DNA of 64,000 nt from assembly GCF_009914755.1 (NCBI RefSeq), contig NC_060941.1. One strand, given 5' to 3'. How positions within the stretch are numbered: the stretch's first letter is position 1; each line of letters starts with the position of its first letter. Below the pieces are notes generated by a model, which saw only the letters and a program-made list of their open reading frames with translations, was not told the DNA's origin and did not search any database. The translations under genes and the position numbers were made by a program. Positions 1 to 15,679 of the stretch are shown here, piece by piece. The stretch comes from the human T2T-CHM13v2.0 reference genome, Homo sapiens.

Positions 1-1773
1 CTTGAATCTTGACTCAGCTCAGGGCTCAGCATCCTCTTCTCATTAGGTGGGGTTGTGGACCATTCTCCATGGACTGTTGGGAGAATCAGTGGGGGTACTG
101 CCCAGGAGGCTCCCAGCCTTGCACCTGGCCTCTAATGATAACCCCCATTAGACTAAATTTCTTCATTCCTGGCTGAAACAACCTGGCGGGACCCCACCCA
201 TAGAAGCATTAGAAGGGGATTGGCAAACACCCTGAAAAAGATTCCCCCACAAAAGGATCAGGCAACTTAAATCGCATACAGATAACTTTAAAAGTGTTCA
301 GGAACTCTTGGGAAACTTTGTTCTGAAGCTGAATTTCAGGCACCTCAAGATAACATTCTTTTTTGGGGCAAGGCCTTCCCAGTAACTCTGATGTGGGATC
401 GGTGGGTGACAGCACTTGAATTCATGATCGGGCTGGGGCTGGATGCCATTGCCCTCTTTTCTTGGGAGTCTGAAAGTGAACTTTGCCTGAAAGGCTGCTG
501 CCTGGGGGTAAATACTTCTTCTTCCTCAGTCTCCAAAGCGGCTTCCTGTCAACTAACTATTCCACAGCCTCCTTCTTCCTCTCTGCCTGGAATGCTGCTG
601 GAGCTCTGGGAAGCCAGGCAGCGCCCTGCTCAGCAGGTGGCCATGTCCTGTGAGTCAAGGGGGCTGGGGTCCCTCTGGTCACCTGCTCCTCTTCACCCAG
701 TTCCCCATCAGTGGGACATCTGCACGGCTCACTGTACAGGGGCCAGACTCAAGAGCAGATGAAAGAGAGAAGGCGGTCAATGTTTTCGCAACGGAGTAGG
801 ACAAACAGTACCCGGAGTCGTGCAACTTTCTCCCTGAAGCCAGGCTGCTGCGTCAGGCCACGTGCTGTCTTCCCCTGTTCTCAGGGCCCCCAGGCCCCCC
901 TGCTTGTCTTCCCTTTCCTTTCCTGGCCGAGCCGCCCAGCTCAGCTGATGGGATGAGGCAGCGTCTCCTGGAGTCATCTTTTCACCCCGTGCGTGTGGAC
1001 TGAGAATGCTCCACTTGGCTTGTGCCCTGCAGGGGTGAGGAGAAACGGAACTGGGGCGGGGGCAGAGCAAAGCAGCCCTGCCTTCTCCCGAAGAAGAAGG
1101 GCACGAGTCAGACACCCCTGCTGTCTCTGAGTCCACAGCCTGGTCCAGGAGGCCTGGCTCTCCCAGCAGCCGCCTTCCCTTCTCCATGCCAGATCTGTTT
1201 CCTACCCAGGACAGAACCAACACCTTGTTTTTCCCCTAACTGACTGCTCCTCTGTCTGGAAAATCTTTTCTCGTTTTATTTGAAGAGCAGAACTGTTCCT
1301 TCCTCCCCCTTGGTGATGAGGAAACATTCTGTTGAATTTGGCATCCAGGCTCCTAGGAGACCTTGGTTGTTTGTAATTTGATGCTATCAGGTTGTTGCAT
1401 AACCTTTCCCGCTGGGAAGCAGTCTCTGCATCCTGGGCCTTCTGTCCAGTTTGGGGTCGGGGGTGGGGCGGGGAAAAGTCAGAGGTGCTGTGAGGTGACA
1501 GAGCAAGGGATAAGGGACTCTGGCTGTTGGCCCTGGCTGGGGACAGGGCCTGCTGATAGGGACCTAGAGGAAGTCAAACTGCGTCTCTTTCTGGGCCTTT
1601 GGCCACCAGGCTTGGTGGAATGTCCTCATCCCATACTCAGGGCCACCCCAGGCCAGCCGGAGTCCTGGGTCTGAATAGAGGCCAGGCCGCCCTGTGTTTC
1701 TAGAAAACGAGTACACTGTAGGCATCCTTGGCAAGGGGACATACTACACTTAGAAACAAAGCCTGCTTCTTTA

Positions 1774-1946
1774 TTTTATTTTTGTAGAGACAGGGTCTCA
1801 CTCTGTTGCCCTGGCTGCAGTGCAGTGGTCTGATCATGGCTCACTGCAGCCTTGACCTCCGGGGCTCAAGCAATCCTCCTGCTTCAGCCTCCCTAGTAGC
1901 TTAGTAGCTGGGACTGCAGGTGTGTGCCACCATGCCTGGAACACTA

Positions 1947-1982
<36 letters not shown>

Positions 1983-2107
1983 GAGATGGAGCAGAGGGGT
2001 CTTGCTTGTTGCCCAGGCTGGTTTCGAACTCCTGGCTTCAAGTGATCTTCCTTGCATCGGCCTCCCAGAGTGCTGGTGTTACAAGTGCGAGCCACTGCAC
2101 TGGGCTG
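1774..2107 (-). mobile_element. AluJ with TSD AAAGCCTGCTTCTTTA and an expanded central T tract
   Basis: Alu consensus; TSD at 1758-1773 and 2108-2123. Confidence 0.85.
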
Positions 2108-2481
2108 AAAGCCTGCTTCTTTAGAAGGTTATTAGAATGTGCACTCCTCAGAACAGGCACTCTACCCAGTCACAAATGCTAATGCCTTTGTGGGCCAGGC
2201 AGGTGATATAAAGGAACACATGTTTGTTTTTGTCAGTTATGGGCAGTGTTAGGAATTCAATATGCTGGAGAGAGGACCCTGTCGAATGACATTCAGCATT
2301 AGTTAAATGAAAAACACTAGGCATGCCCAACCAAACTGTCGGAGGTTGTGATCTCTGCTATTTTCTCCCTACAGGTAATTTGGTTGGCACTTCTCTGGCA
2401 GGCATTATGCAAAAGTACCTTGCTTGAAGCTTTATGTACACTGTCTTATATAACTGTTCCCACAGCCCTGTGAGATACGTA

Positions 2482-3332
2482 CAACTGACCTTTGAGCGAC
2501 ACGGATTTGAACTGCGTGGGTCCACGTAATACATGAATTTTCTTCTGCCACTGCCACCCCTGAGACAGCAAGACCAACCTCTCCTCTTCCTCCTCCTCTT
2601 CTTCCTTAGCCTACTCAACGTGAAGACAACGAGGATGAAGCCCTTTATGATGATCCACTTCCACTTAATGAATAGAAAACATGTTTTGTCTTTCTTCCAA
2701 TTTTCTTTTTCCTTCCTTCCTTCCTTCTACCTTCCTTCCTCCTTCCTTCCTTCCTTTCTCTCTTTCTTTCTTTCTTTACTCTTTTTTTTTTGGACAGTCT
2801 TGCTGTGTTGCCCAGGCTAGAGGGCAGTGATCTAATCAGAGCTCACTGCTGCCTCAACCTCCTGGGCTCAAGCGATCATCCCACCTCAGCCTCCCAAGTA
2901 ACTTGGACTACCAGCTAGGACTCCCAAGTAGCTGGGACTACCACACTTAGCTAATTATTTATTTATTTATTTATTTAGTAGAGACACGGGTCTCACTATG
3001 TTGCCCAGTCTGGTCTCGGACTCCTGGGCACAAGCCATCCTCCTGTCTTGGCCTCCCAAAGTGGTGGGATTACAGGTTTGAGCTACTGTGCCTGGCCAGG
3101 ATTTTCTTACTAACATTTTCTTTTCTCTAGCTCATTTTATTGTAAGTCTACAGTATATAATACATGTAACATACTAAATGTGTCTTAATTAAATGTTTAT
3201 GTTATTGGTACGGCTTCCTGGTCAACATAAGGCTATTAGTAGTTAAGTTTTGGGAGAGTCAGAGGTTATGCCCAGATTTTCAACTGCTTGGGAGTCAGTG
3301 CCCTAACTCTTGTGTTATTCAAGGGTCAACTG
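2482..3332. mobile_element. Tigger2a/MER28-like DNA transposon interrupted by an AluJ (~2705-3098)
   Basis: TIRs CAACTGACCTTTGA / TCAAGGGTCAACTG, each flanked by TA. Confidence 0.8.
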
Positions 3333-4480
3333 TACAATCGTTTCCCTGCTTCCTGGCTGAGATGATTGAGACTGAGGGAGGTTATGAATTCTGCCCAAGA
3401 CCACTTGGTTGGCAGGGGTGGCACTGGAGACCTGCCTGCCCCCAAAGGCATCATCCTAATTATTCCTTGAATACTTCTTCAACTCTAGTTTTCAAACCAC
3501 TGACATCAGAATTACCTAGAATCAGAGCCCCACCCCAGACTTATTAAATTAGAATTCCTGGGAATAGGACCCAGAAATCCATGTCTTAGATGAGATCTCA
3601 TCTGGTGATTCTCTTGTATGGAGAAATTTGCGAATTTCCTTGTTTGCTGCATTGCCTTTCTGACTCAGTGAAACATGGCCCTTGGGTCCCAGCCAAGAAA
3701 GACCACTGTTCCTCCGCGTGGGCAGTGGTGAGTCTTCCCCGGCCTGCCCCTGTCTTCATGCATCATAAAATGCCACTTCACTTCCGTAACCAGAGAAGCA
3801 CAAATAAGCAAATTCATGAATCATGGTTTTGTTGATATTTTGGTTGCTGTGGCTAAATATTTATTGCTTTAAGAGGTTCTGCTTTAATTAGAGTCACAAG
3901 TAACCACAAGTGCGTAGAAATGCATTCTCATGGCCATAAGACACGCATTTCTCGACAGAAAGCCGAAGGCAACTAACAGTTTTAATGTGCCAGTGCCTGA
4001 TCAAAGTATGGAGGCTTATCTAAATGAATAGTGTTTGAAATTGAAAAGTGATTAGAAGTTTCATTTATGGATTGTCTATTGTTCTTACTATGACTTATAA
4101 GGTCATATTTATGATGCTATGGCATAGAGGTATAAAGTCGTGGGCAACAGAAAGCCTGCAGTGACGATGACTATTAGCTACATTTAACTTTGAAACGTGC
4201 TGTGTTCTCTTCCCGATCTTGCCCCTTGCCCTCCTTCCCTGGGAATGAGTGCTCTCCCCACTAAATCCCCAGGAGGGTTTTAGAAGATATTGATGTCAGA
4301 GCTTCACTGCAGGTCGATTAAATCACAGTCTCTGGGAAAGAGACTTTGGCATGCGTATTTTTTAAAAGCTCTCCAGTGATTCTAATACATATTCAAAATG
4401 GAACCACCTCCCTAGGTTTAGTGAGTGAGGGTGCTGGCTGTGTAGTCAGACCGGCGTTCACATCTTGGCTCTATCATTTT

Positions 4481-4773
<293 letters not shown>

Positions 4774-4775
4774 GG

Positions 4776-4990
4776 CTCTATCATTTTCTAGCTATGTGAC
4801 TTGGGGGCAAATTACTTAGCCTCTCTGAGCTTTGGTTTCCCCATCTGAAAGATGGGGACAATAGTGGCTAACTTGAGAGGTTGTCATAAGGATTCAATGA
4901 GATAATGCCAGGAAGCATGTATCATGCTGAGGAGCACTTAACTTGGTACTTAGTAAGGGCTCAATAAATACGAGATGTTATTGTTGTTGT
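4776..4990 (+). mobile_element. MIR
   Basis: MIR core TGTGACTTGGGGGCAAATTACTTAGCCTCTCTGAGCT...GTTTCCCCATCTG, ending CTCAATAAAT. Confidence 0.75.
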
Positions 4991-5741
4991 TATTACTATT
5001 ATGTTTAACTTAGAATAACTATCCATTAGTGGGAGCAGGTATTACTGAAGAATATTGGGGGATCAGGAGTAGCTATCCTAGAATTTAGCCTTTGCTGGTG
5101 CAGATAAAACACAACACGCCTGTTTGATATAAGCATATGCATCTCATAATTAGAGTACACAATCCTAGGGGCCGATAGAATGCCAGTCAGATCTTTGTAA
5201 GTTTTGTCCACTCCTAGCAGTACCAGTGAGAAGCTGAGATTTATAGCAAGACAGTATCTGCGCTGTTGGTGACACATAAATATTTTACAATTGCCTGTTC
5301 ACACTCTAGACCCTTTTAAGATAAATCCCTTTAGAATACAAGGTCTGTGGACCTGTGATCATTTGGGTGGCTGGCATATATAATTGTGTCTTCCTGTTAG
5401 AGCCAGAACCCAGGATGTAGCCTGCACTAACCAACTAGTCTGTACAACAAAAAGAGGGGATTGCTCCTTAAGTGGCCACACTGAGAGGCTTCTCTCAGCC
5501 AATCTTTTTCTTTCTCCTAATTCCTGAATCTTTTGCAAGGAGATTGTCTGCTTTGTTGACTACACCTGTTTTATAACTAGCTGGATTCCTCCAAACCCCT
5601 CCAGCTTTCAGTCCTTTGCTGAAATAAGACAAGCACATTGAAACGTTTTTCTCTGAAGAGCGTATTAGGAAAGTCAGTCACCTACAAGAGAGCAACACAA
5701 AAGGTTGTGGCAAACGAGAAGAATCCCTAATTCTTGAAGGG

Positions 5742-5825
5742 ATCCCTAATTGGTGAAGACCAATTAGCAAATTTATTAATTAGACCAATCCCTAATTGGT
5801 GAAGACCAATTAGCAAATTTATTAA
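5742..5825. repeat. 38-bp direct duplication (period 46); each copy contains a 9-bp hairpin
   Basis: ATCCCTAATTGGTGAAGACCAATTAGCAAATTTATTAA x2. Confidence 0.9.
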
Positions 5826-7525
5826 CTAAAGGTCAGTTTACCCTTCTGGAAACATCCTGGAGGCAGAGACCAAATCCTGTGTTCAACCCTGGTGCCATTG
5901 CCCACCCCAGTGCCTTCTGGTTGACCGATAGAGCTAATGGCTTGTTTCCTGGAACCACAGCCGTGATCTTTCCTTAGCATCTGGCCTCAAAGGTTAAGCA
6001 AGACTATTTGAATAGTGTACACCATGGACATGCAGATAAACAGGCTCCCCGTTTTCACCCACCCATACCCCAAGCTTCCACAAAGATGCCCCCACGGGGG
6101 TGGAAGTATCTACAAAGCCCTGGCACATGCCTTTGAGCGGATGCTTCCTCCCTGCCCTTTGGCCCTAAGCTGACGCATAAGTCATACATTCCAAAGCCAC
6201 GTGGAAATGCGTTTTATGCTTGCTGGAGTTCTGGATTCTTTGTTCCAAGTGCGTGAATAAATTGGAGGGAGCTATATGTATTTATGGGAGACGTGGCCCT
6301 CGATAGGAAGGATGTATTAGAGAAATGCTGGGCTAGATCAAAGAGCGTCTCATTCAGCCTGCAGAGACTCCAGTTAGATTTTTCAACCCCACACCCTTAA
6401 ACATAAACAGTCCATAGGACATAAGTTATTTTGTGTTTTGTTTCTTACTTCAAAACTTGAGGGACTCCAAAGCTGATTATGAAAGAGTCCTAAGAATGCT
6501 GAGCATTTCCCGTGTGGTGTGCTGGGCCAGGGACATCAAAGGTTCCGTTTGCAACAGTGCTAGTACAGGGCGACAGAAGCCTTCATCTTCTTCCTCCCCA
6601 CGCTTCTCCCCACATAATTGCTTTCATTATTCACACCAGCCAAACAAAGGGAAATTGCATGACCACAGTGTGTGTGAGCCACACACAGCACTTGCCTTGG
6701 AAAGGCTGTGCACACGCTAACTTTGTGGGATCCTTGGCCCTTGGCTCAACCAGGATGAGGGTGGGGTGTGTGTGGGGGTGGTGGGATGGCCGTGGTTAAT
6801 GCAACCCAACATGTATTCAGGATGTTTCCATCAAGCATGACCTCATGTCTTCCAGCCCGCTAGCTATCATTATACTGGTGGTCACTTTTGACTTAATGGT
6901 TACAAAAATAATTCCTTTAATAACCAAGGTGGAAATTCATAGATTGCACGTAGTTGTTTCTTACCTCCCCCAGGAGGCAAGAGGTTGGAACTATTACTGA
7001 CACTGTCTCCATAACATCAGAACAACTCATGAATTCAAGGAAAAACAAAGCAAAGCAAAACAAAATAAAGCCATAAAATCCATGCCAGATCGGTTCTTGG
7101 ATGTTGAGCAGATCAAATAGCTGCAGAAGTTTCCTTCTTTCTCTCTTCTTTAATAGTTGTATTTCTTCATCCTAAACAGACAGTCACATTATGATCACCA
7201 GGAAGAGAAATTCACTTACTCAACAAAGATTTGCTAAGCCCCACTATGTCTTAGGTGCATGAGACTGATGAAGTCTCATGGTGTTGAGACACAAAACAAG
7301 CAAATCAATAAATGAAAAAATAATTTACAGTGGGGAAGGTCTCATGAAGAAAATAAAATGAGGTGATTCAGTAGAGTGAGGCAACTTTTTACATCTGAAG
7401 TCCAGTAAAATAAAAAGCATATTTTGAAAGATACTAGCTAGTTGAGGGAAATAGCTGGTTACCAAAAAAGTCATTCCTTTGTTGGGGTTATTGGAAACTC
7501 AGAGAGGGGTTCTCCCAGAGACTAG

Positions 7526-7812
<287 letters not shown>

Positions 7813-7910
7813 AGGCCTCAGGAAGGTCATTCACCACTTGCCTTTGCCGGGTGTTCCCAGACACTTCCAAGACTCTGACTGTAGAAGTGATGAAAGTAAT
7901 AGTGAAGTGG

Positions 7911-8125
7911 GGCCACGTGTGGAGGCTCGCTTCTGTAATCCTAGCACTTTGGGAGGCTGAGGCAGGAGGATTGCTGAGGTCAGGAGTTTGAGACTATCCT
8001 GGTCAACATAGCAAGACCCTATCTCTAAAAAGAAGGGAAGGGAAGAGAAGGGAGGGGAGGGGAGGGAAGGGAAGGAGAGGGGAGGCGAGGGGAGGGGAGG
8101 GGAGAGGAGGGGAGGGGAGGGAGAA
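7911..8125 (+). repeat. Alu monomer (FLAM) followed by a GGGGA/GGGAA polypurine tract (8030-8125)
   Basis: Left-monomer consensus; the tail has become a pure G/A repeat. Confidence 0.8.
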
Positions 8126-9516
8126 ACAGTGAAGTGGGACTCGAGCCATCTTCTGGGAATAACACCTGAGTGAAGAAGGGATTGGTTGGTTTCACATACA
8201 TCAGCATTGGGTCCTGGCTGTGTCTGCTGGAGAGAGTGCAGAAAAGGCGGCAGCAGCAGCATCTCCCTCTCAGCCTGTGCCAAGCTGACCGAGGCAATAG
8301 ATCCTTTGAGACCTAATTGTTCCATCCTTGGGGTTAAGGCAGGTGTCTTAGGGGTGGCTGTGAGAAGCCGGCTAGTCTCTAGCAATCCGATGGCCCCAAG
8401 AAAGGAGTCCAGATGTCCACTTTCCCTGGAGGAGGGTGGAGAAGAAAGGTGGCCCCTCCAGGCCATTAGGGAAATAATGAATCCTTAGGTGAAGACATTC
8501 CTCCTGCCTCTGGCCATGATGCTTCTTAATGAGCTGAGTGTCTGCATAGCTCACTGCAGACCCATCACATCAGGTAAATGTGATGTCTCACCATTATTCT
8601 TATTGCCGCCTTAAGGCAGATCCAGGAGGCCATCTCCATGGCAAAGAACTTGGCTGTGCAGCGTCTATGTGAAAACAACATCTTCCCAGCTATGGAACCA
8701 TGACTTATCCTGGGGACTTTTCACTAATTCAGACAGGACCTTCCTCTCTGTGTTCTGCCCTGTGTTCACTAACAAGGGGAACCCTCCGTAGAACCCTGTG
8801 CTCATTCATGTGCTCAGAAAACTGCTGGTTAAAGACCGATTTCCTAATTCCAAAGGTTCTTTGCCATTAGCCTAATGAGTTCTGGCGTAAAGAACACAGC
8901 TGAGTAGAGGCAGGCAAGCTTCATTGGCACCCTCTGACTTCCCTAGATCCAATGGGGAGGAGGGGAGAGACTCAAAGTCCAGGGGAAAAGGGTAAACAGC
9001 TTTCAGGGCCAAAGTATGGGGTGGGTGGGCATCACCCCTGGCAGCCTGTGGGGCCCCCAGAAATTCCGGGTCAGCCCTGTACAGTCAGGAGGGGGCAGCG
9101 TGCTGTCAGCGGGTACCAGCAGGTGTGACAACAACAGCAGAGCCTGGAATCTGTGATGTCAGGCTGCCTGGGAAAAGGGCCAGGCAGGCTGCTTTTATAG
9201 GGCTGACTTGGTGTAGTCAAAGTGCTTATCAAGAGGGGCCAAGTGTTCACGGGCCAGGCTGCACATGGACAAGTAACTCAGCCGTCTCTCAAGTTGCTTC
9301 ACAGAAAGCCAACCAGTGGCTTCTCATCAGAGAATGGTGTTTGCACCTACAGTCAACCATAATAAAACTGCCTCATCTCATTCATAATGTAGGGCCTTAG
9401 AGGAGACAACTGACTGAGAGGATGGTTTGGTGACCCAAGGCAGTGTCTGCCTGAGGGCCCCAGAATTGTACCAGGATAATACCAACACACCGTATCGGTA
9501 CCTCCTAGGAGATACA

Positions 9517-9596
9517 TTAGGTTGGTGCGAAAGTTGTTGCGGTTTTTGCCATTACTTTTAGTAGCAAAAACTGCAATGACTTTCGCACCAACCTAA
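9517..9596. mobile_element. MADE1 (Hsmar1-derived MITE), 80-bp palindrome
   Basis: TTAGGTTGGTGC...GCACCAACCTAA inverted arms with a short spacer. Confidence 0.92.
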
Positions 9597-9607
9597 TATA
9601 TAGTGTA

Positions 9608-9608
<1 letters not shown>

Positions 9609-9645
<37 letters not shown>

Positions 9646-9952
9646 CTTTTATTTTATTTATTTTGTTAAGAGACAGGGCATCACTCTGTTGCCCAGACTG
9701 TAGTGCAGTGCCAAGATCATAGCTCACTGCAGCCTTGAACTCCTGGGTTTGTGTAATCCTCCCATCTCAGCCTCCCAAGTAGCTGGGACTACAGGCATGC
9801 ACCACTATGCCTGGCTAATTTTTTAATTTTTTGTAGGCATGGGGACTCTTAATGTTGCCCAGGCTGGTGTTGAACTCCTGGTCCCAAGCACTCTTCCCTC
9901 CTGGGCCTCCCAAAGCACTGGGATTACAGGCATGAGCCATCACACACAGCCA
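9609..9952 (-). repeat. (CA)n microsatellite (9609-9642) and adjacent AluJ
   Basis: Direct reading. Confidence 0.85.
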
Positions 9953-10764
9953 AGGCTAGTTTTTGGTGTTAAATTAGGCTGGATTTCAGTCAGCCAGTTT
10001 TACCTCTATAGATTTACCTTCTTGCTGTTTCCCATATGAATCCATGTTAAGCAAATTTGGGCGGAGTTTCCTACTGCCTGGACAGGCTGTGTGTGTGTGT
10101 TTCTCTTTCCCTTGACACCTCAGGGTCAGCTTGACAGAGAATGGTACTATGATCCAAATTCAAGACATTGATGCTAATGCTTCATGTTGTTGGGAGCCCA
10201 GCCCGGCACCCTCCGCCCAGACTGCATATCACCTACTCTTGTTTCATTGCTTGAGGAATATAGATCTTCCAGATCAGAGATAACTCCCTTAAGCCACTAA
10301 GAGCTAAAGCCAGAGTCCCTTAAACCTATATCCTTGAGGCCCTGAGGAATTATGAGCATCAGAGAGTGGTCAAGTTGATATAAATATGAATACAGAAAAG
10401 TGAAAGAGAATGTGTGGGAGAGGGGGCGGGGGATCCATTCACATGGATCCCATTGGTTTTAGAGATAACCAGTGTTAATATCGGTGTGTACCTGGGTGAT
10501 GTCATAAGATGAAAGAAGGGTCTTGCACGTGACCTGCCTCCACAGACACAAGTACAGGATGGGGAAAATGCATTTATTCCACAGATATTTATTGCCATGT
10601 CCAACTATGGGTCAATCATTACTCCAGGGACTGGGGAGATGGCAGTCATGAGCAGACCAAACAGAAAGCTCTTTGTTTAGGGGCTACCTTACCTTCAGGA
10701 GGCCAGGGCTTTGGCAGCACATGGGAAAAGGTTTCAGTAGTTTTAACTTAAAACTGTGCTGCAG

Positions 10765-10990
10765 GCTTTCCCAACCGTGGCGTGGTCGGCATTTTGGGCT
10801 GGATCACTCTTCGTTTTGGAGGACTGTCCTGTGCGCTTTATAGGATGTTTAGCAGCAGCTCTGGCTTCTACCCATTAGATGCCAATCGTGTCCCCACCCC
10901 ACCCCCTAAGTTGTACAATTAAAACGTTTCCAGACAGTGCCAAATGTCCCCGGGGAGAATGAACTCACTCTGGCTGAGAACTACGGCTTT
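10765..10990. mobile_element. MER20-like hAT element
   Basis: GGATGTTTAGCAGCA...CTACCCATTAGATGCCA...CCAGACAGTGCCAAATGTCCCC...TGAGAAC resembles the MER20 consensus. Confidence 0.65.
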
Positions 10991-11167
10991 AGCGGAAGCT
11001 CTCTTAGCCATATACAAGAAGGGGAAGGGCCTGCTCTGCCTCTGAGCTGGGAGACCCCTACCTCTGCTCCGAATGAGGATCGATCCTTCAGAGATGAACT
11101 GGGGCAATTATGAGGTGACCAGAATGGCAAAAAGGACTTGAAACAATCTTATTTGAAAAACAGCTAA

Positions 11168-11475
11168 GGCCGGACGCAGTGGCTCACGCCTGTAATCCCA
11201 GCACTTTGGGAGGCCGAGGCGGGCGGATCATGAGGTCAGGAGTTCGAGACCAGCCTGACCAACATGGTGAAACCCCGTCTCTACTAAAAATACAAAAATT
11301 AGCCGGGCGTGGTGGCGCGTGCCTGTAATCCCAGCTATTCAGGAGCCTGAGGCAGGAGAATTGCTTGAACCCAAGAGGCGGAGGTTGCTGTGAGCCGAGA
11401 TCGCACCACTGCATTCCAGCCTGGGCGACAGTGAGACTCTGTCTCAAAAAAAAAAAAAAAAAGAAAAGAAAAACA
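11168..11475 (+). mobile_element. AluS with TSD GAAAAACAGCTAA
   Basis: Alu consensus, poly-A tail, TSD. Confidence 0.9.
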
Positions 11476-12273
11476 GCTAAAGCTGCTGTGTAGCCAGAAG
11501 AGGTAACTCCCTGGGCTACCTCGTGGCTCTGAAAGACAGTCAGGTGTGTGGAAGAGGGATTCAGCTGGTTCTGGCCTGTCCCAAGGCACCGGTCTTGGAA
11601 GTAAAAGCTACGAGGAGGCTGTGCTCACATCAGTGTCTTGTGGTTTAGCTGTCACCTACAGGCAGGGCCTAACCACATGTCGCCTTTCCAAGTCCTCTCC
11701 TCCTCCCTGGATCTGGCAGTGGGTAGTGGTGGTTGGTGGAGGTGGTCTCACCCCCACCCCCACTCTTGGCAGCTCTCTTTACTCTGTAAGAAGCGCTTGG
11801 TTTGCTGGGGGGCATCCCCTGATGCTCTGGGACCCCTGCAACCCCGGTTCTCCCTGAAATCAATGTGGCTGGGGCTATGCTGGCTTCTAAGAGGGACTCG
11901 TGTGTGGATGAGGGTGCCAGGGAAGCTGCCCATCAAATGTGAGCATAGGCTTGCCCCTCATGTCTCCACGGCTGAGACCAGGAAGGCGTGGGCACCTCAC
12001 TTTTCTCGGGGATAATGACAGGGAAGAACAATGCAGGAAAAAAGTTAAAACTAAATGCAGAAAGAAATTTACAACTCAGTGCTAAGAAAGTACTGCTCCC
12101 ACGGCCTAGGGATGATCCCTACTGTTCCCTGTCCCTTCCTCTTCTTCAGAGGAAGTTCTCTTCTTGCCTTCATTCGGGAGAGATGAACACAAAGCCTCTG
12201 TCTCTGTCCAGGTCCAAGCGCCTCCAATCCATCCCCAAGCAAACCTCTCCTGCCTCTCGCTTCCTGTCCTTAG

Positions 12274-15359
<3,086 letters not shown>

Positions 15360-15679
15360 TAAAGCCGGTGGAATGTTCCACATATCATGGCATTTTGAAC
15401 AAAAACTAGATCTTTTATAACACAGAGACCCGCCTAATGGAAAAGGCAGTGAATATTCTCTTGTGGACACCTGTCCCACACTGTTTCCTCTAAGCCAATG
15501 GCTGTCACCAAGCTGGTGACAGGTAGAACGCCTCAGTTCTTAGGTGGGCTCACAGGGATTACCCTTGTGAATCATTAAGACACAAACATCCAGTGAGGAC
15601 TTTCTGAGTGCCAGGTCTTCTTCTCTGTGCCTTACATGTGTGTTTCATGCACACAACCACCTGTGAGCTGGCACCAATA

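Noticed and set aside
6165-6210. CRE-like TGACGCA and E-box CCACGTGG as an enhancer
   Set aside because: Short motifs expected by chance; no independent support in the sequence.
7831-8466. 211-aa minus-strand ORF
   Set aside because: It runs through a low-complexity purine tract and an Alu monomer; no coding signature.
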